A DNA stretch of 64,000 nucleotides from Anaerolineales bacterium (GTDB lineage: Bacteria > Chloroflexota > Anaerolineae > Anaerolineales > E44-bin32), in NCBI GenBank assembly GCA_034430615.1, contig DAOUEJ010000216.1, positions 19,016 through 83,015 of the forward strand, in the 5' to 3' direction. Numbering within the stretch: position 1 is the stretch's first letter; each line of letters starts with the position of its first letter. Under the pieces are notes generated by a model. That model was not told where the DNA came from. It ran no database searches and saw nothing but the letters and a program-made list of their open reading frames with translations. The position numbers were made by a program, and so were the translations under genes. Of the stretch, positions 47,588 through 56,507 are shown piece by piece.

Positions 47588-49477
47588 TCAGATCACCTCG
47601 CATCGTTCAACATCCAGGGCAAATAGCATCGCTCGATGGACATCGATCGGTATTTCACTGCGGCGCTCAGGATCCTTATCAAGCATCGCCGGTGGGACAA
47701 ATTCGACTCTCTTGCGGCAAACCCGACGCAGCGTATCCTCAGCGTCCTCGAGCTTTCCTTCCGGGAGACCAATCAGGAGCAGGTGGTTCCGCCGACGGAG
47801 AAAGCCGCCATTACTTTGGATGCGTGTCACCCGCAGCCCTTGCATGGCCAGGGCATTTGAGGCCGATTCCAGATCAAGGGTGCTTACAATGATAAACAGC
47901 AGCTGGCAGATGTCATCCTCCCCGCCGCGCGGCATGAAATCCGAAATCCACGATTCCTGCCTGGAATCGAGTGCCAGGTCGACTTCGACAACGAGTTCAT
48001 CGAAGGATTCATCTGAAATCGCGCCAGAACGCCGCAAGTTTCCCAGCGCGCTGCGCTGGGCCCTCAACATCTCCCTGCGCGCCAATACGATCTCTTCCGC
48101 CTCGAGCTCCGGAGTATCGCTCAGGACTTCCTGCACCGCACCGGTCAGAACCTCCTGCCGCTGCTTAAGCACCGGCTCCAGCGAACGCCAGGTCGCTTCC
48201 GAGATCAGTCCGTCGATGCTCAATCGCCGGAGATGCTGGTACCCCGCCCGAACTGCAAGGGCCCGGGCATGGCGCCGCTCATACTCGATCTGGGCGTCGG
48301 ATTTTGTGATGATGCCCAGCCGTTTCAACAAGCCATTCATCGTCATGCCCTGCGCGACCAGGCTGAAGAGCACCACGCCATAGGTCATGACGATCAAAGT
48401 CGTTCGCATCTCCCCGAAATCGGCCTCCGGAAGACTCAAGGCCAGCGCAAGGGCGATGGCCCCCCTCAACCCTCCCCAGAACATGACATGCCGCCAGGAA
48501 TTGGGGATGTCCCGCCCGAGGCGTGAGAGACCATAGATGCTGATCGCGCGGCCGATGAGGACCGCCAGGATTGACCACAGGATCAGCTTCCAGTCCTGCA
48601 CCAGAGCGGAGATCTCGAGATCCAATCCAATGAGCAAGAAGACGGCCGAATTGGCGAGGAAAGCGATGTATTCCCAGAAGTTGAAGAGCGCGATGCGTGT
48701 GGTCGGGGACATCTCGCGTTCGCCGATATTTCCGCTGATCATTCCCGCAGCCACGACCGCCAGAACACCGCTCAGATGAAATTGCTCGGCGATGAGATAG
48801 GATCCGAAAGCCAGCACGGTGGTCAGCGTCGTCTCGACCAAGTAGTCGTCGACCTGGCTCATCAGACGTGAGATCAGCCAACCCAGGACAGCGCCTACCA
48901 GGATCCCGCCACCGCCAACCCGGATAAAATTGGCCACCCCGCTGGCAATCTCAAAACGCCCACTTTGAAGTGCACCCAGCGCCAGGCTAAAGAGCACAAT
49001 GGCTGTGCCATCGTTGAAGAGGCTCTCGCCTTCCAGTAGGACTTCAAGCTGCCTGGGCGCACCAAGTTTGCGGAAGATAGCCACGACCGAGACCGGGTCA
49101 GTCGCCGCGATCAAGGCACCGAATACCAGGGCCGCGGAAAGAGGTAAACCAGCGCCGGTCGACAGGATTCCCCCCACGACCAGCATATTCACAATCACGC
49201 CCGGGATGGCCAGGATCATGATCGTTTTCAAATCGCGGCGCAGATGAATAAAACTCAGGTGGAAGGCGGCTTCAAAGACCAAAGGCGGCAGGAGCAAGGT
49301 AAGGATGATTTCTGGCGTGAGCTCGATCGCCAGGCGTTCCCGGAAAGAAAGCACCAGGCCCGCCAGGACCAGTGCGACCGTATACGGGATGCGGAACCGG
49401 CGCACCAGGATGGCGACAACCGAAACCACCAGCAGCAGTTCCAGTACCAGGCTCTCGATCTGGACTAAATCATTCAT
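47588..49477 (-). CDS. CPA1-family Na+(K+)/H+ antiporter with a C-terminal DarA/PstA-like domain
   Basis: 629 aa. The N-terminal ~400 aa is a typical NhaP-type exchanger (ATDPVSV..IF...G.....LEGESLFNDGTAIV). The last ~115 aa (47591..47935) read LLFIIVSTLDLESASNALAMQGLRVTRIQSNGGFLRRRNHLLLIGLPEGKLEDAEDTLRRVC, paralogous to the downstream DarA-like protein. Confidence 0.85.
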   Translation of the reverse strand: MNDLVQIESLVLELLLVVSVVAILVRRFRIPYTVALVLAGLVLSFRERLAIELTPEIILTLLLPPLVFEAAFHLSFIHLRRDLKTIMILAIPGVIVNMLVVGGILSTGAGLPLSAALVFGALIAATDPVSVVAIFRKLGAPRQLEVLLEGESLFNDGTAIVLFSLALGALQSGRFEIASGVANFIRVGGGGILVGAVLGWLISRLMSQVDDYLVETTLTTVLAFGSYLIAEQFHLSGVLAVVAAGMISGNIGEREMSPTTRIALFNFWEYIAFLANSAVFLLIGLDLEISALVQDWKLILWSILAVLIGRAISIYGLSRLGRDIPNSWRHVMFWGGLRGAIALALALSLPEADFGEMRTTLIVMTYGVVLFSLVAQGMTMNGLLKRLGIITKSDAQIEYERRHARALAVRAGYQHLRRLSIDGLISEATWRSLEPVLKQRQEVLTGAVQEVLSDTPELEAEEIVLARREMLRAQRSALGNLRRSGAISDESFDELVVEVDLALDSRQESWISDFMPRGGEDDICQLLFIIVSTLDLESASNALAMQGLRVTRIQSNGGFLRRRNHLLLIGLPEGKLEDAEDTLRRVCRKRVEFVPPAMLDKDPERRSEIPIDVHRAMLFALDVERCEVI

Positions 49478-49505
49478 CGTCGGTCTAGGTCACCCATTTT
49501 ACAAA

Positions 49506-51908
49506 TCACTCTCTTTCACGGTCCTGCTCGATCCAGGTTCTGCCCTCGCCTGTCACGCGTGCCAAGCCTCCATCCGGGAATGTGATAATAACATGATCGC
49601 CCTTGTAGGAAACGCTCAAACCACGCCAGCGAATTGTTACCGGCCAGGGGTAAGGGTTTCCGGGTTCAACTTGCACCCGGTAGGGATCGCCAAGCTGAAG
49701 CCCGAGAGTGCGTAGGAAGAGATCCAATGGCGCCAGTCCGTCAAGAGCACCGCACTCACCAAGGGCTTGTGGTTCATCTGGATGGTATAGTGCGCTGAAA
49801 TCCTGATCCCTGCGGAGCCCGGAGATGACGGCTCCCATTAAGCGGCCCACGAGTTCGGCCGCTTCTTTACGGAAGCCATTGTCGAGCATCCCCTCTCCCA
49901 CCAGGCAATTGGCAAACATCCATACCGCACCCGGATTGCCCTCTTTGTCAGGCGCATAGCCCGTTTCACGGGCAGACACGATGGGGATGCCAAATGCCCG
50001 CCAGAAGCGCTTTTCGTCCAGAATCGTTCGTGTCACCATCTGGCGTGCACGGTCTGCTTCTAACATACCTGCCCAGAGTGGGAACAATCCGGCCACATCA
50101 TGCTGGCTGGTATCCACAAGCCTGATTTCTGTCGTGAAACCGTCGTCGAGACCTCCGATCGTGACCGAATTCAAGGCGCGGGCTGATTTATCAGCTGTAG
50201 CTGTACCCATCTTCCAGAACCACTGGAAGCTTGCATGGGAGAACCGTTCGACCATCTTGCGGTTCGTGCTTCCCTTCCCTCGGATGCTAACTTTGATCTC
50301 CTTAGACTCAAGTTCATCACCAAAGCAGCGGATAAGAACCCGGACCGGGGCCTCAAAGCTGCGCTTAAGCTCAAGGTCGAAAGACCCTTTCCCCTTACCA
50401 AGTCGGTCCCCAATTAAAGGTATGTTCATATCCCGGTCCTGCGAAACAAAGATTGAAGACTTCTCAACCCAGCAGGATTCGAGGGCCTTTCTGATGTTTT
50501 CAGCAGTTGATTCGATCCACGCTAGCGACCTGGTCTCACCTATGATGTGAGCCATCTCAGCCAACCTGATCAACTCACGGTACAGATAGGCTGCCAGATC
50601 GGGGCGTTCGACCAGCGAAATATCCAGCCCCTGACCCCAGCGCTCCCAGCCGACGTAGGCTGGCCAGGCGCGAAAACCACTCTGCGGCATGTGGCGCCAC
50701 TCCGGGAAGCCATCCCTATCGGTATCACGCTCCTCGCCAAACCAGCTACGAACCGAATGCAGCAAGGCCGGGAAAACCTCAGCCAGCATCTCGTTATTTC
50801 CGGTGCGGGTGTAGATCCTGTGGGCCAGGTCTGCGAGGAGTGGCATGCTCTCCCAGCCTGCATGCTGGCCACCCACGCCCGGTTGTCCGTCGATGGCGCC
50901 GCTCCCGGTTTCGGTTTGCAGACGATTTCGCAGCTCGCCCTCCACCAACCCCGGTGCAGCCGACAGCACCTGCCGGCTGATATAATGCGCGCTGGCAGCA
51001 TCTACACCACCCCACACCCCGTCATAATCACTGCCATCTCCGGCGGCGGAATAACCGTCAGCAGGTCTCCGCCGGCCCACAATCCCCGGGTAGCGAACAT
51101 GACGGGTTGGACCCACGAATGCCTGCAGACCGGCCACCTGGGAAAACCAGAAGGCGGCATCCCATTCTGGATCTCCTGTCTCGATCTCGACCAGGCCAGC
51201 GTTGAGCAACTTGATCCTTGCGATGCTCGCCTCCCAGGGAAGTCCGCACAGCCGCCGGGCCTGGTCAAAGGAAGCCCGCGGTTCCCTTTCACCTACATGC
51301 GCCCATAACCACGAACGGCTTCTGCCGGAGGCAAGATTGGCGCTTACCCCCAGCGATGGAAATGCAGAGGGTGGCGTTACTGCACCCCCTTCGATGAAGA
51401 TAAGGGGTGCAAGTCTCTCAAGTCCAGCTGTCAGCACATGCACCCCGTCAATCTGAACCGGGGAAAAGGGTGTCCCACCTGGTCCGGGACGGAGAACTGC
51501 ATGCAGCCGTACATCCAATACGAAAGGTGCTTCACCCCGGTTGATTACTTCGATACGTCCAATCACGGAATGGGAATCATGGACCCAGTATTCCTGCCGA
51601 AGTTGAATCCCGGCAAGTGGGTAAGCGTTCACCAGTAGGTAATTAGGGAAGATAATCTGGACCTGAGGTGGCTGGATGAAGGATGCCGGGTCAAGGACAT
51701 GCTGGCCGCCCACCGCAATCGAAGCGAAGAGGCGCATGCTGGGTGCGCGCAGACCATAAGTCGTCTCCAGCGCAAGCGCCGCCGGGTCGCCTCCGGCAAG
51801 GTTTAGAGCCCAGATCTGGTCATCCGTATAATCGACAGTAACCTGGCGGGCATCGGCCGCAATCAGCAGACGACGGGCATCCTCGTGTTTAAAACTCCAG
51901 CTTCGCAT
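49506..51908 (-). CDS. Putative (alpha/alpha)6-barrel glycoside hydrolase (GH63/MGH1-like or related); family uncertain
   Basis: About 800 aa with no signal peptide. Blocks such as RDTDRDGFPEW and VWMFANCLVGEGMLDNG resemble GH63/GH15/trehalase-type barrels. Weak, by eye. Confidence 0.5.
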   Translation of the reverse strand: MRSWSFKHEDARRLLIAADARQVTVDYTDDQIWALNLAGGDPAALALETTYGLRAPSMRLFASIAVGGQHVLDPASFIQPPQVQIIFPNYLLVNAYPLAGIQLRQEYWVHDSHSVIGRIEVINRGEAPFVLDVRLHAVLRPGPGGTPFSPVQIDGVHVLTAGLERLAPLIFIEGGAVTPPSAFPSLGVSANLASGRSRSWLWAHVGEREPRASFDQARRLCGLPWEASIARIKLLNAGLVEIETGDPEWDAAFWFSQVAGLQAFVGPTRHVRYPGIVGRRRPADGYSAAGDGSDYDGVWGGVDAASAHYISRQVLSAAPGLVEGELRNRLQTETGSGAIDGQPGVGGQHAGWESMPLLADLAHRIYTRTGNNEMLAEVFPALLHSVRSWFGEERDTDRDGFPEWRHMPQSGFRAWPAYVGWERWGQGLDISLVERPDLAAYLYRELIRLAEMAHIIGETRSLAWIESTAENIRKALESCWVEKSSIFVSQDRDMNIPLIGDRLGKGKGSFDLELKRSFEAPVRVLIRCFGDELESKEIKVSIRGKGSTNRKMVERFSHASFQWFWKMGTATADKSARALNSVTIGGLDDGFTTEIRLVDTSQHDVAGLFPLWAGMLEADRARQMVTRTILDEKRFWRAFGIPIVSARETGYAPDKEGNPGAVWMFANCLVGEGMLDNGFRKEAAELVGRLMGAVISGLRRDQDFSALYHPDEPQALGECGALDGLAPLDLFLRTLGLQLGDPYRVQVEPGNPYPWPVTIRWRGLSVSYKGDHVIITFPDGGLARVTGEGRTWIEQDRERE

Positions 51909-52021
51909 GTGACGATTGTACGGAGTGCAACCCAAATCGTCAAAGTGAATCCAACATCGTGTTCAGCCGGGTGACTGCTTCGTGCTAGAATAACGGCCAC
52001 CCTGCCAGGAGGAGTACCAGC

Positions 52022-52495
52022 ATGACAACCCTGCCAAAAATGCGTGGTATGTATTTTGAGGAATTCGAGGTTGGCCAGAAAGTCGTCAGCCCTGGCCGCA
52101 CGATCACTGAGGCTGATATCGTCGCTTTTGCCGGGATCTCAGGTGATTTCAACAGCATCCACACCGACGGTGAGTTCGCCCGTGATGCAGGGTTCGGACA
52201 GCGCGTAGCACACGGCTTGCTCGGGCTTTCCATCGCCTCTGGCCTGCTGGTTCGATCGGGCGTGATGGAAGGCACCGTGATGGCCTTTCGAGAGATCACC
52301 CAGTGGAAATTCAGCCAGCCCATATTCATCGGTGACACGATCCACGTCGTTCTGGAAGTCAGCGAGATGAAATCACTGCCCCGGCTTGGCGGGGGGTCGC
52401 TCCTTCTCGCACTGCACGTCCAGAACCAGGATGATGTGACCGTCATGAAGGGCCAGTGGTCGGTGCTCGTCCAGAGCAAACCGGCTGCGTCTTAA
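52022..52495 (+). CDS. MaoC-family (R)-specific enoyl-CoA hydratase/dehydratase
   Basis: Hot-dog fold pattern FAGISGDFNSIHTD.EFA....FGQRVAHG over 157 aa. Confidence 0.85.
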   Translation: MTTLPKMRGMYFEEFEVGQKVVSPGRTITEADIVAFAGISGDFNSIHTDGEFARDAGFGQRVAHGLLGLSIASGLLVRSGVMEGTVMAFREITQWKFSQPIFIGDTIHVVLEVSEMKSLPRLGGGSLLLALHVQNQDDVTVMKGQWSVLVQSKPAAS

Positions 52496-52566
52496 TCTTG
52501 TCAAGCCGATTTATAAGACGGCCTGCTGAATAATCCAGGCTAGCCTGCGTGCTATAATCCCCTGCT

Positions 52567-55500
52567 ATGACCGACCGGCCTGAGGGTCCTGCCGAATATG
52601 ATCTGCCAGAGGACGATCTCAAGTCTGAAGGGTCAAGTACGCCCGAGCGGCCGCTAACTTCTCCCGCGGGCGATCCAGCACAGCGTTTCCGCCGCATCCT
52701 GGAGGGTGATTCCACCTATCCTGGTCAAGCCACGGAAAAACCTGGTGAAGGCCAGGTGCAAGATCGTCATCCAACGGGCCTGCCGGATCTGACGGGCGGC
52801 TGGATGTCCGAGATGGACCCTCCCGCTATCGATGACGATCCGGCAGCTAGTGCGCAAGCCGATCCAGCACATGGAACCGGTGGTTCACGCCCCCTTGCAA
52901 CAGAAGCTGACTCAGGCCCACTCCCCGAGCGTGTCCCGGTCACCGACCCGGAAGCGACGCGTGTTGTTCCCTCTGCATACGCCCCCCCTCCCGAAAATCA
53001 TGGCAAGCCGCCTGGAAAGAGCCGCCGCTTCTCAGGCTGCAGCGGATGCATGCTGCGCATGGCGATCATGGCGCTCTTCGCCGGGGCAGCGCTTTTTATC
53101 GGGGTTATATCCTTCGGAATTTATCAATATGCATCGCTCGCCTCGACCCTGCCCCCGGTAGAAGATCTCAAGGATCGCGCCGCTCAGTTCGAGACCACAC
53201 GCATCCTCGACCGCGACGGCAACCTGCTGTATGAGATCCTCGATCCCCAGGCCGGGCGCAGGACTTATGTGCCCCTCGATCAAATTTCCCCGTATATGGT
53301 GGCCGCCATCATCTCCACGGAAGATTCCCAGTTCTACAGCCACCCCGGGTTCGATCTCCTGGCCATGCTGCGGGCGCTCTGGCAGAACTACACCACTGGT
53401 GAGGTCGTATCCGGGGCATCGACGATCACCCAACAGGTCGCACGCAACCTGCTCTTCACACCTGAAGAACGGGCCAGTGTCACCGCCCGGCGTAAAGCGC
53501 GCGAGGTCATGCTCGCAGCTGAGATCACCCGCCGCTACAGCAAAGATGTGATCCTCGAGCTCTATCTGAACCAATCCTTCTTCGGCAACCTTGCCTACGG
53601 GGTGGAGGCTGCAGCAGAAACCTATTTCAACACGACCTCCGACAAACTGACGCTGGCGCAGGGTTCCTTCCTTGCAGGCCTCGTTCAGGCACCTTCTGTT
53701 TACGATATCTATTCAAACCGCGAGGCGACCCTGGGCCGTCATCGCCAGGTGCTGACCTTGATGATCGACACCAGCATCGAAGATGGCTGCATCTACGTCA
53801 GCAACGCCCAGCACCCAATCTGCGTCCGGCCGGAAGACGCCGGTGCAGCTGCAGCGGAGATCATCAACTATGATTTCCCCGCTCCCGATGTGACCATTCG
53901 TTTTCCTCATTGGGTCACTTTCATTCGCGCAGAGTTGGAACAGCTTTACGATCCTCAAACGATTTACCGCAGCGGCTTCACGGTGTACACCACGCTCGAC
54001 CCGCGCCTGCAGCAGCAAGCCCAGGACATCGTGCGCGAGCAAGTCGCCAAGTTGGTGGAGAACCGAGCCATGAACGGCGCCCTGGTCGCGCTGCGTCCGA
54101 GCACAGGTGAGATCCTGGCAATGGTCGGTTCAGCGGATTTCAACAATGAGGCGATCGACGGTCAGATCAACATGAGTGTCCGTCCCCGCCAGCCAGGGTC
54201 CTCGATCAAACCGCTCACCTATCTTGCAGCTTTTGAGAAAGGGTGGAACCCGGCGACACTGATCTGGGATGTCCCCTCCGAATTTCCGCCCTCCGGAAGC
54301 CCGAGCGATCCCCGACCGCCATACATCCCTGTCAACTACGACGAACGCTTCCACGGCCCGGTCACAATCCGGACAGCACTCGCAAATTCATACAACATCC
54401 CGGCTGTGAAAACGCTTGATTTTGTCGGCATATACGACGACCCCTCCACACCGCAGGAAGAAGGCCTCGTCGCCTTCGCCCGCCGGGTGGGGATCAGCAC
54501 CCTCACCCGTGACGATTACGGTCTTTCTCTCACACTGGGTGGCGGCGACGTGACCCTGCTCGACCTGACCTCTTTCTACGCGACTCTCGCCAATGTGGGA
54601 AATAGGATCCAACCTACAGGCATACTCCGCATCGAAGATCACGAGGGGGTCGTAGTCTACGAATTTGAGCAACCAGAAGGTGAGCAGGTTGTCCACGCCG
54701 AGCACGCCTACCTGATCAGCAGCATCCTGAGCGATAACAGCGCCCGCAGCCCTGCCTTTGGAGCAAACTCGCTCCTCAACCTGCCCTTCACGGTTGCCGC
54801 GAAGACCGGGACCACGAATGATTTTCGGGATAACTGGACGCTTGGATTTACGCCTGATATTGCCGTTGGTGTCTGGGTGGGAAATGCCGACTACTCCCCG
54901 ATGATTGATACTTCCGGCCTCACTGGGGCTGCACCGATCTGGAATGAGTTCATCCAATTCGCCCAGGACCGCCTCACAGGCGGTGTGCCCTCGCCTTACC
55001 CAAGGCCGGCCGGGGTTGTTGATCGTGTCGTTTGTGCGATTTCCGGCGCGGAACCCTCCGAGTGGTGTCCGGATCAACGCACGGAAAGCTTTGCCAGCGA
55101 CCAGCTTCCCCTACCGAAGGAGCAGGATCTGTGGCAGCAGGTCTGGGTCGATAATTTCTCGCTCGAGCTTGCCTCAGCCTCTTGCGATACGTACGTGATC
55201 CAGAAGCTCGGGCTGAGCGTGGGTGATCCCTGGGCACGCAAGTGGCTGGAAGAGGATTCGCGGGGTCAGGCCTGGGCAGAGGATCATGAATTCCCGGATG
55301 GGAAAGTCTTCTTTATCCCGGATAAGACCTGTGATGAGTCGAGCCCGCACCCGATCATGAGCTTCAGCAGCCCGGTGGAGAATGCGACTATCACCAGCGA
55401 GATCCTGGAGATCTTCGGCACCGCAGGCGCCACGGCGGATTTTAAGGATTGGATCTTGGAATACAGCACCAGCCCCAACCCGAGCAACTGGCCAGACGTC

Positions 55501-55794
55501 ACGCTCGTGACCGAGCAGCGGCTCCAAGAGGGCAAACTCTGGACGATCGATCTCAACCAGTTGGGCATGGATAATGGACCTCTCACGCTGCGACTATCGG
55601 TGCGCAGTGAACGCGGTGGGTGGGCTTCGATCGTCCGTCATCTGAATGTGCTGCTTCCCACACCGACCCCGACGCCAACTCCAACTGTAACCCCGACTCA
55701 GACACCAACCGAGACGCCCACGGTAACAATGACGCCCACGGCAACAATGACTCCCACGCCGACCGATACCTCCACACCCATACCAACCAGTTAA
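52567..55794 (+). CDS. Class A penicillin-binding protein (PBP1A-type glycosyltransferase + transpeptidase) with long N- and C-terminal extensions
   Basis: GT51 motifs ISTEDSQFYSHPGFD and GASTITQQVARN. Transpeptidase motifs SSIKP, SYN and KTGTT. A ~165-aa low-complexity cytoplasmic N-terminus, one TM helix, and a C-terminal TPTPTPTPTVTPTQTPTETPT tail. Confidence 0.9.
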   Translation: MTDRPEGPAEYDLPEDDLKSEGSSTPERPLTSPAGDPAQRFRRILEGDSTYPGQATEKPGEGQVQDRHPTGLPDLTGGWMSEMDPPAIDDDPAASAQADPAHGTGGSRPLATEADSGPLPERVPVTDPEATRVVPSAYAPPPENHGKPPGKSRRFSGCSGCMLRMAIMALFAGAALFIGVISFGIYQYASLASTLPPVEDLKDRAAQFETTRILDRDGNLLYEILDPQAGRRTYVPLDQISPYMVAAIISTEDSQFYSHPGFDLLAMLRALWQNYTTGEVVSGASTITQQVARNLLFTPEERASVTARRKAREVMLAAEITRRYSKDVILELYLNQSFFGNLAYGVEAAAETYFNTTSDKLTLAQGSFLAGLVQAPSVYDIYSNREATLGRHRQVLTLMIDTSIEDGCIYVSNAQHPICVRPEDAGAAAAEIINYDFPAPDVTIRFPHWVTFIRAELEQLYDPQTIYRSGFTVYTTLDPRLQQQAQDIVREQVAKLVENRAMNGALVALRPSTGEILAMVGSADFNNEAIDGQINMSVRPRQPGSSIKPLTYLAAFEKGWNPATLIWDVPSEFPPSGSPSDPRPPYIPVNYDERFHGPVTIRTALANSYNIPAVKTLDFVGIYDDPSTPQEEGLVAFARRVGISTLTRDDYGLSLTLGGGDVTLLDLTSFYATLANVGNRIQPTGILRIEDHEGVVVYEFEQPEGEQVVHAEHAYLISSILSDNSARSPAFGANSLLNLPFTVAAKTGTTNDFRDNWTLGFTPDIAVGVWVGNADYSPMIDTSGLTGAAPIWNEFIQFAQDRLTGGVPSPYPRPAGVVDRVVCAISGAEPSEWCPDQRTESFASDQLPLPKEQDLWQQVWVDNFSLELASASCDTYVIQKLGLSVGDPWARKWLEEDSRGQAWAEDHEFPDGKVFFIPDKTCDESSPHPIMSFSSPVENATITSEILEIFGTAGATADFKDWILEYSTSPNPSNWPDVTLVTEQRLQEGKLWTIDLNQLGMDNGPLTLRLSVRSERGGWASIVRHLNVLLPTPTPTPTPTVTPTQTPTETPTVTMTPTATMTPTPTDTSTPIPTS
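55714..55749 (+). repeat. Tandem 18-bp duplication acgcccacggYaacaatg x2 within the Thr/Pro-rich tail of the PBP
   Basis: Read directly. It encodes TPTVTM/TPTATM. Confidence 0.8.
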
Positions 55795-55865
55795 CCTACT
55801 CACTGATTCAAGACAATCGCGGCAGGGCTTTGAATTGAGGAAGATCCTGGTTGGCTGCAAGCCCG

Positions 55866-56474
55866 TTACAGTTCGCGGTCAAACCATAATTCACGGTACT
55901 CACGGTTCCAATTTGAAGTAGCTCGCAGAGCTATGATGATGCCCACACCGGCGGCGATCGCCAGCGCTTCCGGGCTTGCCCTAAAAATCCACCAGAGTGG
56001 CGTCAGCAGCAATCCGCCGGTGAAGTTTCCCCGAGCCGAATGGCGGATGAGGATCTGCATTATGGCTGCCAACCCGACCCCCAGGATGAAACCGAACGGC
56101 CATATAGCAAGCAGCGCCCCGCCCCCAGTAGCCATCCCCATCCCGCCACGCATACCGGCTAGGACCGGCCAGCAATGTCCTATCACGAGCGCACCAGCAG
56201 CCAACCCAAGGCCCAGCAGCCCCTGGACAAGATGCATCGCCAGCCTCATCGCCAGGTAGCCTTTCCCCAGGTCCAGCAGCAGGACCGCGATGCCCGCCAC
56301 CCACCCGGCAGAGCGCATGACGTTGGTCGCGCCCGCGTGTCCTGAACCAGTCTGGCGGATGTCGCCGCCTGTGGTCCAGCGCGTGATCCAAACTGCAAAG
56401 GGAAGTGAGCCAAGGGCATAGGCGATCAGGATTGCCACAGTTGAGTTCAACAAGACTGGTGCCAGTTCTCCCAT
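55866..56474 (-). CDS. plsY: Glycerol-3-phosphate acyltransferase PlsY
   Basis: A ggagagg RBS precedes ATG 56474. YALGSLPFAVWI....GGDIRQTGSGHAGATNVMR....G......LDLGKG. Confidence 0.85.
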   Translation of the reverse strand: MGELAPVLLNSTVAILIAYALGSLPFAVWITRWTTGGDIRQTGSGHAGATNVMRSAGWVAGIAVLLLDLGKGYLAMRLAMHLVQGLLGLGLAAGALVIGHCWPVLAGMRGGMGMATGGGALLAIWPFGFILGVGLAAIMQILIRHSARGNFTGGLLLTPLWWIFRASPEALAIAAGVGIIIALRATSNWNREYRELWFDREL

Positions 56475-56507
56475 CGCCTCTCCGTAAAGAATCGGGCAGT
56501 ACAAAAG

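Noticed and set aside
55640-55794. Periodic short repeats that might look like a CRISPR-like or tandem array
   Set aside because: They lie in frame inside the PBP gene and encode a Thr/Pro linker. There are no spacers and no repeat-spacer periodicity.
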